Virus record (IMG/VR): IMGVR_UViG_3300042946_000263 | Span: 2,330 to 66,329 of that record | Origin: a virus | DNA: 64,000 nt | Strand: one strand, 5' to 3' | Shown: in pieces, positions 7,104 through 16,142 of the stretch | How positions within the stretch are numbered: the stretch's first letter is position 1 | Layout of the letters: every line of letters begins with the position of its first letter | Made by a program: the position numbers and the translations under genes | The notes under the pieces: generated by a model | Database searches by the model: none | Seen by the model: the letters and a program-made list of their open reading frames with translations, nothing else | What the model was told of the DNA's origin: nothing

Positions 7104-7334
7104 ATGGCACTACTACCAGTTAAGTGTAAACCCACAGAACTTTATGTAGAGCGAACATTGGCTGGTGAGTTTACATGGCTAGTCTATAATAAAGTCAATG
7201 GTCTTATTGTAGCAGCCACCTACGATCGTAACATGGCCGAGACTATTCTCAGTGGTATTAAAGTCACTCATTATTACAGCGACGACTATGGTATCACCGA
7301 AGTCTGGAAGTCGCCCGAGCCTATGATTGAATAA
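7104..7334 (+). CDS. hypothetical protein
   Basis: ORF 7089..7334, start MALL at 7104 after GAGGAG. Confidence 0.65.
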   Translation: MALLPVKCKPTELYVERTLAGEFTWLVYNKVNGLIVAATYDRNMAETILSGIKVTHYYSDDYGITEVWKSPEPMIE

Positions 7335-7363
7335 ATATTTCTTTACATCAAGAGGTATTATCC

Positions 7364-7660
7364 ATGGCCGAGGTAGAGTCAAAATTAGTCACAATAAGCA
7401 AAGATGCACACAAAGAACTGATTAAAAGATCAGATATGCTTCATGCTCTTATTCAGGTTGGATTGAAGCATTGGGCACATTATCAAGAAGCATTAGATTT
7501 GGTTGGTAATCAAGTTCCTGCTAATATGCCTGCCTATGAGCCAGAGCCTATTGTAGAGCGTGGCCCTCCAGTTGAACCAACGGCAGAGGAAATTGCCGAG
7601 CTTCAACAAGAAGGCGGTATAGCTATGGTTCCTCCATCTGATGTGCCGCCACCAGTGTAA
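7364..7660 (+). CDS. hypothetical protein, Pro/Glu-rich C-terminus
   Basis: 98 aa; GAGG RBS; AATAAATA upstream. Confidence 0.7.
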   Translation: MAEVESKLVTISKDAHKELIKRSDMLHALIQVGLKHWAHYQEALDLVGNQVPANMPAYEPEPIVERGPPVEPTAEEIAELQQEGGIAMVPPSDVPPPV

Positions 7661-7677
7661 AATACGGAGTCTATATT

Positions 7678-7953
7678 ATGCATAATCTTACTATTGTGAT
7701 CAAGAAGGATATTACCTGCAACTTCTCAGCTGATCAGTGGGGTCTACTTACAAATACATTCCCTCGTGATGAGATCGAGGAAGTTGCTAACAAGTTGAAT
7801 AGTCGCCTGAATGATTATGTCAACAATGATTACTCCAAGAAAGATACCCATGATGGGATGTTCAATTATCTTTCTCAGTGGACTCGTTATGGCGCCTTCG
7901 ACTCAGAAGTTCGTGGCTTTCTTGATGTTGTTCTAGAGGAGATCTATAAGTGA
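7678..7953 (+). CDS. hypothetical protein
   Basis: 91 aa, GGAG RBS. Confidence 0.7.
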   Translation: MHNLTIVIKKDITCNFSADQWGLLTNTFPRDEIEEVANKLNSRLNDYVNNDYSKKDTHDGMFNYLSQWTRYGAFDSEVRGFLDVVLEEIYK

Positions 7954-8255
7954 AACCAGAAATTAAGATTTCAATGGAATGGGAAGGCTACGACAAGCTC
8001 TTCCTCGATATGCTTCTTGAAGGTTATGAAACAACCTACTGGGCGTTTAGGGATGCTCAGAATGATATTATGAAAGATCCTGTTAAGTATGACTTTAAGC
8101 GTGAGGATGTGCAAGATAGCTTAAATGTTCTCAGCGCCTTCGAAATTCTTGCTGACCACTATACTTCTCGGGATGACCATGTGCCTTTGCTAAAAGATAT
8201 CCGTGACCGTATGGACGCTAAAGCAAAAATTGCGAAAGGAATGTCAAATGGTTGA
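7950..8255 (+). CDS. hypothetical protein
   Basis: 101 aa, GTGA overlap, GAGGAG RBS. Confidence 0.7.
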   Translation: MKPEIKISMEWEGYDKLFLDMLLEGYETTYWAFRDAQNDIMKDPVKYDFKREDVQDSLNVLSAFEILADHYTSRDDHVPLLKDIRDRMDAKAKIAKGMSNG

Positions 8256-8439
8256 TTTTACGACTAAGACTAATGAAGAGCTCTTGGCTGAATATGATCG
8301 TCTCTGGCGTCGCCATATGTATTATATGGCCGCTGAAGGTAATTGGTCTGCTGAAGCCAAAGAACGTGGTGAGTGCGAAAAAGAATATTGGGCTTGTATT
8401 AAGGAGCTAGATGATCGTGGGCTGGAATATTCTAAGTGA
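8248..8439 (+). CDS. hypothetical protein
   Basis: start MVDF at 8248 within ORF 8203..8439. Confidence 0.6.
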   Translation: MVDFTTKTNEELLAEYDRLWRRHMYYMAAEGNWSAEAKERGECEKEYWACIKELDDRGLEYSK

Positions 8440-8638
8440 TACCAGAGAATACGAAATTGTGACGGAGGATCCGGTGACCCTGTCGGACGGCTTGGCTGTT
8501 TCTCAGTCCGCTTCATTATATATTTCGAAGAACGTCTCTCCCTCTGTTGCTGGTTTAATAAGCCAGTATATGGCTGCTGGGATGATTAAGGTAAAAGTGC
8601 ATAAACTAAAGAAACGTCGTGATTGGGTTAGAGTATGA
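8411..8638 (+). CDS. hypothetical protein
   Basis: 75 aa, AAGGAG RBS. Confidence 0.6.
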   Translation: MIVGWNILSDTREYEIVTEDPVTLSDGLAVSQSASLYISKNVSPSVAGLISQYMAAGMIKVKVHKLKKRRDWVRV

Positions 8639-8844
8639 TTGATCGTAGAACTGGCGAAGTTTGGTTTATGAGCCGTGTGGCTTATAGGAATTTCGCGACG
8701 AAGTCGGTGCTACCTTTGGGGCCAGTCCTACGGTTGCATCGCCATAGTGACTGGGGATGGCTCTGTAGTTATAGGACTTATGCTGCTTATATTAAAATCG
8801 TTAATCGTCGCCGTAGACCGTCTCTTTTAAAGAAGAGGAAATAA
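8635..8844 (+). CDS. basic hypothetical protein
   Basis: 69 aa, ATGA overlap. Confidence 0.55.
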   Translation: MIDRRTGEVWFMSRVAYRNFATKSVLPLGPVLRLHRHSDWGWLCSYRTYAAYIKIVNRRRRPSLLKKRK

Positions 8845-9425
8845 TGCCTCTTATAGAGAAATACGATGCTGTAAATGATTCTTTGTTTAGGAAAGCTAGG
8901 GATATTATTTTTTCTGATAATTTTCCTTGGTATTACGTTGCTGCGACTGCCTATACTGAGAATGTTGACCAGTATGAAACTCTCTATAATGGTAGCTTTT
9001 ACCATCTGGCCAGAAACTCTGAAATTGCTAATACTCTTGAAGATTGTTTATTGGTTGCCGCTGACAGAGCAGGTGTTGCTGTAAACAAAATTCATCGTAT
9101 TCGTATTGGTATGATTCCAATTTGTCCTGTCGTTTCCGTTAATCCTCCGCATGTTGATATGGAATTTCCTCATAATGTTGGGTTGTTGTATATGAACGAC
9201 AGCGATGGCCATACGCATCTCTACAACGAGAAATATGATTGTAATTATGAGAAAAATCACAGCGGGCAGTATTATATCGAAGTACTAAACAAAAAAGTGA
9301 CCATCAAAGAGATAATTCTTCCTGCAGAAAATAAAATGGTATTTTTTGATGGTTTGACTTATCATTCTAGCTCGCCTCCTACGAAGACAAAACGTAGGAT
9401 CGCTGTTAATTATGTTTTCGATTGA
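8844..9425 (+). CDS. 2OG-Fe(II) oxygenase (FPWYY family)
   Basis: FPWYY; PHVD (HxD); LYMNDSDG.T; FDG..YHSS; RIAVN. Confidence 0.85.
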   Translation: MPLIEKYDAVNDSLFRKARDIIFSDNFPWYYVAATAYTENVDQYETLYNGSFYHLARNSEIANTLEDCLLVAADRAGVAVNKIHRIRIGMIPICPVVSVNPPHVDMEFPHNVGLLYMNDSDGHTHLYNEKYDCNYEKNHSGQYYIEVLNKKVTIKEIILPAENKMVFFDGLTYHSSSPPTKTKRRIAVNYVFD

Positions 9426-10010
9426 CTTTTTTACATTTCCAGGGTATTATTAAAATATGATGAAATGAGGGAATGATGGAACTTGAACATATCTATGCCA
9501 AAAAATTGGCTCTTATCATGGAAGAATATATAAAAGGTAATATTGATTCCGAAGAGTACCTAATCGAACTAGAACGGATTGAAGATTGGTATAAGGAAAA
9601 TCTGAATGCTACAAATAGCAGAAATTGACTTTATATGGTTCATGATATATTTGGGCATGATAACAAGTGTATTGACTCTTGGGATCGTATTGTATGAATT
9701 GATTTGGGGCAGTAATGAATCTTAGCGCCGAAGTAAAAAATGTTGGCTCGGGTATACTTTTTGTAGTTTACAATGATGGCAAAAAGATATATACTCACAT
9801 TGTGACTACAGAAATGTTGGAGAAAGCAAATGGGCAAGTTCAAGAAGATGCGCAAAACGATGCGGAAGCTGAGGTATGATTATATCGTGCAGTTAGCAGG
9901 ATGTAAAGAAGTCGATAAGCATATTTTCTTGAAGTCTCGTATCGATCTTTTAGAGCATCTTTTGTTCGAAGCCTCTATGATTGAGTTTACTTCTAAGAAA
10001 GAAAAGAAAA

Positions 10011-10190
10011 ATGGACAATAACATGATCTGGTTTTGGACAAATATGCTTTTGGCATTCGTTAATGCCTATTATGCATTGTCTGGAAACACTCCTTATCCT
10101 CGATTAGCAGCTTTTGCCTTCGGAATTTGCTTTGCAGCAGCGATGTATTCCCTCCATCTCTTCCTAACAGCAGGAGTAACAAATGGCTAA
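10011..10190 (+). CDS. small membrane protein
   Basis: two TM segments within ORF 9981..10190. Confidence 0.55.
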   Translation: MDNNMIWFWTNMLLAFVNAYYALSGNTPYPRLAAFAFGICFAAAMYSLHLFLTAGVTNG

Positions 10191-10371
10191 AGAAAAAAAG
10201 TACACACAGTCTAGACTTTTTGAGTTCAAGCCAGCAGAAAACATCACAGAAGCCGAAATTATTGAGTTATCAGAGTTAATTCGTATTGGAGTAAGCGGAG
10301 AAATACTTGACAAAGCGTCTCCGAGCCTAAAAAAGCACTTTTTTGAGGTAAAAGACAAAAAAGCGGCGTAA
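10183..10371 (+). CDS. hypothetical protein
   Basis: 62 aa, AGGAG RBS, ends in AA. Confidence 0.7.
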   Translation: MAKEKKYTQSRLFEFKPAENITEAEIIELSELIRIGVSGEILDKASPSLKKHFFEVKDKKAA

Positions 10372-10387
10372 TAAAAGGATATATATT

Positions 10388-10540
10388 ATGAAGTTGATTG
10401 CAGCGATTGTTTATATGTGTGTTGCCGGAGTTTGTACCGAACAGCACGTAGAAATTGAGCCGAAGGCGTGCCACATTGGCACTCTTCATGGTAAAGTAAT
10501 GGGCGCTGAAGCTAAATTCGGCGTTAAGTGTCAAGGATGA
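10388..10540 (+). CDS. small Cys-containing exported-type protein (50 aa)
   Basis: MKLIAAIVYMCVAGVC...C...GVKC; AAGGA RBS. Confidence 0.6.
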   Translation: MKLIAAIVYMCVAGVCTEQHVEIEPKACHIGTLHGKVMGAEAKFGVKCQG

Positions 10541-10770
10541 TCGAATATGTTCCAGTTATTCTTATCTGTAATTCTTTATTGTCTCCTATGGAATGCAAAG
10601 AAGGCGGTAGAGACACGACAATTGTTATGGGCGACCTCAAAAACACGCCGATGAGTTGTTTTCAGGAAGGTTACGAACGTTCCGCCAAACTTGCCTTTGC
10701 TCCAAAGGAAGGCGATCATTATTATGTTAAGGTAAAATGTGTTCCAAGGGATATGAGTCGTGAGCGCTGA
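10537..10770 (+). CDS. small Cys-containing protein
   Basis: VILIC...C...P.SC..EG...VKVKC pattern; ATGA overlap. Confidence 0.65.
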   Translation: MIEYVPVILICNSLLSPMECKEGGRDTTIVMGDLKNTPMSCFQEGYERSAKLAFAPKEGDHYYVKVKCVPRDMSRER

Positions 10771-11080
10771 AATTATACCTTTTCCAAAATCTAAAAAACA
10801 ACTAGAATTAGAAACAATGAGAGACTATGTGAGTAAGGCAAAGACTGTCATTGCGAGATCGATTGCTGAAGATATGAAAAGATATGATGTTCCTAATATC
10901 AAAGGAGCTCCTGTTAAACAACCAAAGACAGGAAAACAGTATCTAGATATCGTAAAACAGTTTATCGAACCAGATGATTATATGGATATTCTTTGTGGCA
11001 TCATGGATAAAGATCATTATGATGGCCTAGAGCGTCCCCTCCAAAAGATAATTGACGCTTACTATTCATTCAAAAAATGA
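10760..11080 (+). CDS. hypothetical protein
   Basis: 106 aa, starts SAEIIPFP. Confidence 0.7.
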   Translation: MSAEIIPFPKSKKQLELETMRDYVSKAKTVIARSIAEDMKRYDVPNIKGAPVKQPKTGKQYLDIVKQFIEPDDYMDILCGIMDKDHYDGLERPLQKIIDAYYSFKK

Positions 11081-11222
11081 GTGAAAGAAAAAGATACTTT
11101 CTCGAATTCTTATTCATTTGGGGATTCTTGACAATCCCTTATTTGGATTCAATATATATAACATCAGGTATGAAAGAATCTGGGGCCAGAATGGAGCTCC
11201 AGTGCCAAAATGAACCTAATAA

Positions 11223-11462
11223 ATGCTGGATACAGAAAAGGTCACACAAATGAATGAATGGCAATACACCAATCAATTTTTTGAAGAAGGTCGTGTTCAT
11301 TATTCACAGGGAGGTTTGGTAAAAGATTGTCCATATGATTATATGGACGTTGACCAGGATGATGAAAAGCAGGTACAGAACGAGCTATATCGCCAGAAAG
11401 AATGGCTCGCTGGTTTTCATTTCCAATTTAAAGAGTCTTTACTAGAAGCGAAGACTGCGTAA
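11223..11462 (+). CDS. ribosome modulation factor (RMF/CrpP)-like protein
   Basis: EEG...G...CPY...R..WLAGF resembles RMF G..AG..G...CPY...R..WLGGW. Confidence 0.55.
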   Translation: MLDTEKVTQMNEWQYTNQFFEEGRVHYSQGGLVKDCPYDYMDVDQDDEKQVQNELYRQKEWLAGFHFQFKESLLEAKTA

Positions 11463-11470
11463 TAAACCAT

Positions 11471-11662
11471 ATGGAGTATAAAATGGATGAAGTTGTAATT
11501 AAGTTTGAACTATCTTTTGAAGAAGCAAATGCTGTTATGTTTGCTCTAGGTAAGCTACCTTATGATCAGATCGCTCCTCTGGTCGAGAAGCTACGTCAGC
11601 AGGCTGCTCCTCAGCTGCCATCTCAGGGAGCTCCTGGCCCAGTCCCGGCATCCGCAGAATAA
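11471..11662 (+). CDS. hypothetical protein (paralog of 62311..62490)
   Basis: FELSFEEANAVMFALGKLPYDQ...KLRQQA.PQ pattern. Confidence 0.7.
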   Translation: MEYKMDEVVIKFELSFEEANAVMFALGKLPYDQIAPLVEKLRQQAAPQLPSQGAPGPVPASAE

Positions 11663-11666
11663 GGGC

Positions 11667-11695
11667 TTGACTTTTTTAAAACATTAGGGTATACT
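11667..11695 (+). promoter_or_regulatory. sigma70-type promoter
   Basis: TTGACT-N17-TATACT upstream of DUF932 gene. Confidence 0.75.
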
Positions 11696-11729
11696 ATGTA
11701 TATAATGAAGGTTGTGAAGGAGAACTCTA

Positions 11730-12707
11730 ATGGCTCATGAAATTGAATTCGTCGATGGTGTCGCTCAGATGGCTTATGTTGGAGCCGTTCCGTGGCATGG
11801 TTTGGGTAAGGAAGTCCCTGCGGATCTTACTCCCGAACAGATGCTCCAGGCTGCTGGCTTGGATTGGGAAGTCCGCAAATACCCATCTTTCGCCATCATT
11901 GACGAAAACGATCCGGATAGCGTTGTGGAGACTGGTCAGTCTGCTCTGATTCGTTCGAAGGATCGTAAACTACTTGACGTAGTTTCTGATGACTGGAATC
12001 CCGTCCAGAATCAGGAAGCGTTTGAATTCTTCAACGAATTCGTTATGGCTGGTGACATGGAGATGCATACTGCTGGCTCGTTGAAGGACGGCCAGATTGT
12101 CTGGGGATTGGCAAAGGTTAAGGAGTCGTTCGAACTCTTTAAGGGAGATCAGATTGATTCTTATCTTCTGTTCTCTAATTTCCACAAGTATGGCTTCTCG
12201 ACTGACGTTCGGTTCACCCCGATCCGTGTTGTCTGTAATAACACTCTTACTCTTTCTCTCTCGTCGACTGTAGAGCGTATGGTCAAGATTTCCCACCGTA
12301 AGCAGTTTAATCCTGCTAACGTGAAGGATATGCTTGGTATCGCTACTGACAAGCTCCAGAAGTACAAGGAGATGGCTCAGTTCCTTGGCTCTAAGAAGGC
12401 CAAGACTGAGTCTATCGTTGAATACTTCGAGCGTGTGTTCCCGCTGGCTGGTGCTACTCCGGAAGATAAGGCAGAGGGCAAGCGTTCTCGTAATGCAAAC
12501 ATCGCTCTTGGTGTTATTGACACTCAGCCTGGTGCTGAATACGCTCAGGGTAGCTGGTGGCAGCCATTCAATGCTGTTACCTTCATGACTGATCACGTTA
12601 TTGGTCGTTCGGCTGATACTCGCCTGACTTCCGCTTGGTACGGTTATAATAAGAACCTGAAGACCAAGGCTCTCGAGCTTGCTGTCGAAATGGCAGAAGC
12701 TGCCTAA
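11730..12707 (+). CDS. DUF932 / TIGR03299 phage-plasmid protein
   Basis: MAHE...PWHGLG...AAGLDWEV...PVQN.EAF.FF...TAGSL.DG...TPIRVVCNNTL. Confidence 0.9.
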   Translation: MAHEIEFVDGVAQMAYVGAVPWHGLGKEVPADLTPEQMLQAAGLDWEVRKYPSFAIIDENDPDSVVETGQSALIRSKDRKLLDVVSDDWNPVQNQEAFEFFNEFVMAGDMEMHTAGSLKDGQIVWGLAKVKESFELFKGDQIDSYLLFSNFHKYGFSTDVRFTPIRVVCNNTLTLSLSSTVERMVKISHRKQFNPANVKDMLGIATDKLQKYKEMAQFLGSKKAKTESIVEYFERVFPLAGATPEDKAEGKRSRNANIALGVIDTQPGAEYAQGSWWQPFNAVTFMTDHVIGRSADTRLTSAWYGYNKNLKTKALELAVEMAEAA

Positions 12708-12715
12708 TAAAAGAA

Positions 12716-12750
12716 TTGACATCCTACTTGAAATATAGTAGGATGTCTTT
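12716..12750 (+). promoter_or_regulatory. 11-bp inverted repeat acting as terminator and containing a promoter
   Basis: GACATCCTACT/AGTAGGATGTC then TTTT; TTGACA (12716)-N17-TAGGAT (12739). Confidence 0.65.
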
Positions 12751-12822
12751 TGTTGATACCGAAGCACATCGTGTGCCAGGATCAACAGTGTACGGGCAAT
12801 AGTCCAAACCTAGGAGAATATT

Positions 12823-14184
12823 ATGAATACGTATATTGACAAGAAGACCATCCGTCAGCTTATCGATCTGGCTTTGAACGGAAAACTTAATCCGGATCCT
12901 ATTTCTCAGCGTCCTGCTACCTCGTCTGGTCCTAAAAAGTCTCAAGAAATTGTTGAAGCTGTCCGCAGCGGCATTGGCGTTGGTATGATTACCGTTCGCG
13001 ATATTTCTAAAGATCCTGCTATGCAGGAAGTGTATCCAGGCGTCCATTATCTTGTGATCGATGGCGGTCATCGCATTCGTGCGTTCGCAGAGTTTTATAC
13101 CAACAAAATTAAGGTCAACGGTAAGTATTATACCGAATTTGAAGATACAAGTTTTCTATCTACTCAAATTGCCTTCGAAGTGATTACTTGCACTTCCGAA
13201 GAAGCTACTAAGATTTTCCGTACACGTAACAAGACTACGGCTGTTAACTTCATGGAGATGATTATGTGCGACGATGAGTCCGCTATTTGTCGTGAAGTTC
13301 GCAGTCGCACGAAGTATTATCGTGAATATAAGAACGACGTTCATCCTGTGTTCGAAGCCAAGCGTAATGCTAAGGGCGAGTGGACTCCGGAATGCTTTGA
13401 TAGCGATGTTAATCCTCGCCGTAAGTGGGACGAATACGTTTTTATTGCCATTCTAAAGGCAATTGGTGGCGGTAACGTCGATGCTGGCCAGCGAGAGATT
13501 GAAGCTCTTGTTCATGGAGAGTATGACGGGAAGAATCCTGTTACAAAGAATGTTCTAAAAACAGTTGATCGTTTCTTCAACGACGTTCATGACTTTAAAT
13601 ATCGTCGTGGTAAGAAACTAAACGGAGATATCTTCGCAGCTTTCCAGCTTGTCTGGTTTGCTCTCTACGAACAGAATCGCGATTTTACTTTCAATGATCG
13701 TTTTCTGTTCAAAGAACGTTTTATGGATGCTTATTCCAGGCTTACTGGAACAGGTAACAGCCTCTATAATGATAAGACTATCAATGTTGGAACTGAAGAT
13801 GAACCTGAATACGTTTTCGTGAAGGAATTCGTCCGTTGTAATACGAAGAATTTTTCGAACAGCGTTGTTCAGCGTCAGTGCGCTAAGATTATTCTTGACG
13901 AAATGGGTATCGATATTGGTATCACTTTCCGTGAAGCCAAGCGTTCTCTATCAACTGCTCAGCGAGAAGAAATGCTGGCCATTCAGGGATACAAGTGTGC
14001 GATTGATGGCGAGCCTTTGGAACTTGCCGATAGTGTTTGGGGTCATGATACTGCTTGGGCTAAAGGTGGGGAATTGAAGGATGGCGCTGTTATCCGTAAG
14101 TCTCACAATCGCGATATGGGAACTACTACTCTTGTTGAATATCGCATGATCCTAGATCTGCGTAAGAACAGAAAAGTAGCTTGA
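12823..14184 (+). CDS. DUF262 (ParB/Srx-fold) + HNH protein, GmrSD-like nuclease
   Basis: PISQR, VIDGGHR and IFRTRN match DUF262 QR/DGQQR/FxxxN motifs; C-terminal C...GHD.AWAKGG...HN HNH-like domain. Confidence 0.75.
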   Translation: MNTYIDKKTIRQLIDLALNGKLNPDPISQRPATSSGPKKSQEIVEAVRSGIGVGMITVRDISKDPAMQEVYPGVHYLVIDGGHRIRAFAEFYTNKIKVNGKYYTEFEDTSFLSTQIAFEVITCTSEEATKIFRTRNKTTAVNFMEMIMCDDESAICREVRSRTKYYREYKNDVHPVFEAKRNAKGEWTPECFDSDVNPRRKWDEYVFIAILKAIGGGNVDAGQREIEALVHGEYDGKNPVTKNVLKTVDRFFNDVHDFKYRRGKKLNGDIFAAFQLVWFALYEQNRDFTFNDRFLFKERFMDAYSRLTGTGNSLYNDKTINVGTEDEPEYVFVKEFVRCNTKNFSNSVVQRQCAKIILDEMGIDIGITFREAKRSLSTAQREEMLAIQGYKCAIDGEPLELADSVWGHDTAWAKGGELKDGAVIRKSHNRDMGTTTLVEYRMILDLRKNRKVA

Positions 14185-14231
14185 CAAACAATCAAACGAG
14201 TAGTATAATATAAAAATAATAGGAGAAAACA

Positions 14232-15371
14232 ATGGCTCGTCGTCCAGGACTTATTAAACGTAAACCTAAGACTATTCGTGTTACGAAGTCAGAGGCATAT
14301 ATTGTTAATAAGAAGCATCTGGGCGACGAGCCTATTTTCACAGACAAATCTACTAATGCAGATTATATGAATGGTCTGAATTGGTATAATTATATGGCCA
14401 GTAATTCGGAGGCCAAGGAGTATCTCAGCGATTACCTCAAGAACATAGGTAGGGTTGCTGAGGCAAAGAAGATCAAGCGTATCAGCGACTCTGATATTCC
14501 TACCACTGCCGCTTGGTCGGTGCGTATGATCAGTCGTGGTTATAAACCAAACGAATTTACTAGAAATTTTATTGACGAGAAGATCAAAGCTGCCCTCAAC
14601 AAGATAAATACTGAAGAACCAACAGAAGAATCTAATAAACCTGTTGTTTCTATTCAAGATCGCATGCGTGAGCGTGCACACGATATTCTTGGTGAAATTG
14701 AGGGCATGATAGACGATTACATCTACGACAATGTAGAGTTCTCATTATACGAATGGCTGCAGGCGAATAACATTCCTGCCGCTTACGCTACTTCTATCAT
14801 CGCTAAAATGACCCCAGTACTTGATGAATTGCTTGAAGCATATGAGGGGAAATGTGAACAACTCAAAGAAGGCTACCGCCATTACAAAAAAGCGGATATC
14901 AAACGCCTTGTATCGTTCTACAACACGCTTATCGAGGATGCGGAGAGATACTCTTCGAACACGAAAAAAGTTAATAAAGCTCGCAAGCCAAGAACGATAT
15001 CGGTCGAAAAGAAAATCAAAAATCTCAAGTACCAGAAGGAAGATGCAACTTACAAGATTGCATCAGTGTCTCCGGAGAAAATCATCGGCGCACTGGAGCT
15101 CTGGACTTTCAATACGAAGTATAAGACGATTACGAGGCTTACAGCGATTGATCGTGGTGGGCTCCAGGTCAAGGGCACTAGCATTACGAACTTTGACGAA
15201 AGTAGTTCTGTTACGATGTCCGTTGGAAGAAAAGATCCGAACGAGTTTCTCAAGCGCATACTTGAGGGTGGCAAACTTGTCCTACGAAAAGTCTTTGATG
15301 AGATCAAGACGCAGAAGCCTCTTGCGTATCGTATCAACGAAAACACGATTCTATTGAGGGTAGTTACATGA
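14232..15371 (+). CDS. conserved T4-like phage hypothetical protein
   Basis: own promoter (14181-14209); LNWYNY, SIQDRM, QLKEGY, IIGA.ELW.FNTKY, RINENTILL motifs as in aquatic T4-like phages. Confidence 0.8.
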   Translation: MARRPGLIKRKPKTIRVTKSEAYIVNKKHLGDEPIFTDKSTNADYMNGLNWYNYMASNSEAKEYLSDYLKNIGRVAEAKKIKRISDSDIPTTAAWSVRMISRGYKPNEFTRNFIDEKIKAALNKINTEEPTEESNKPVVSIQDRMRERAHDILGEIEGMIDDYIYDNVEFSLYEWLQANNIPAAYATSIIAKMTPVLDELLEAYEGKCEQLKEGYRHYKKADIKRLVSFYNTLIEDAERYSSNTKKVNKARKPRTISVEKKIKNLKYQKEDATYKIASVSPEKIIGALELWTFNTKYKTITRLTAIDRGGLQVKGTSITNFDESSSVTMSVGRKDPNEFLKRILEGGKLVLRKVFDEIKTQKPLAYRINENTILLRVVT

Positions 15372-15547
15372 ATGAATTAAAGGATCAAAATGCACTTGAC
15401 GTTAACATGCTAATCAAGTATGTTATGTGGTCTAGGGATAAGATTGCTGGTGGAGTCAGTAAAGAAAACGCTATTGAAGCGTTATCTCGTCTGATTGATT
15501 ATGACGTAACTCTAATGAAGTCAATTTCTGGTGTAGACAAAGAATAA

Positions 15548-16141
15548 ATGTATATATCAGACATTATTCCAGTTTCTTATCAAGACGAAATCGAGAGAAT
15601 AATTAACGCTAACGACTTCCCTTGGTTTTATACTCATGATATATCTCCAGGAAGTTTGGTGGATGATAGAATAACAGAAGCTTCTGCAATTTGTCATACA
15701 CTTTATAGTACAGAACGTGGTATAAATTCAGACTATTTCCATTCGTTCAAGCCAATAATGTATTTCTTAGAAGAAAAGACTGGTATAACTTGTGCTCGTT
15801 TTCTGAGAATTAGAATAAGAAGATCATTTCCTGTTCCTGGCCACTGTCTGTCAAAGTATAATAGGCCACATATTGATCTTCCGGAGATTATACCGTTCAC
15901 AACGTTGGTTTATTATACGGAAGATAGCGATGGTGATACTATTCTGTTTAAGGAAGAATATTATCCAGGATTAGATCCAGATAAAGTTGATGTTTGCAGC
16001 TTAACAGAAACAGATAGGTTCGTACCAAAGAAAGGAGCAGGATTGGTATTTAATGGTTATAGGTATCATGCAGGTAACAATCCAGTAAACTTTAAAAAAC
16101 GAACCATCATAAATTTTGACTTTGTAGAAAGAGAGAAGTGA
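15548..16141 (+). CDS. 2OG-Fe(II) oxygenase (FPWFY family)
   Basis: FPWFY; PHID; YY.EDSDGDT; YHAG; RTIINF. Confidence 0.85.
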   Translation: MYISDIIPVSYQDEIERIINANDFPWFYTHDISPGSLVDDRITEASAICHTLYSTERGINSDYFHSFKPIMYFLEEKTGITCARFLRIRIRRSFPVPGHCLSKYNRPHIDLPEIIPFTTLVYYTEDSDGDTILFKEEYYPGLDPDKVDVCSLTETDRFVPKKGAGLVFNGYRYHAGNNPVNFKKRTIINFDFVEREK

Positions 16142-16142
16142 T

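Noticed and set aside
11970-12785. 271-aa minus-strand ORF
   Set aside because: Antisense to DUF932; typical shadow ORF.
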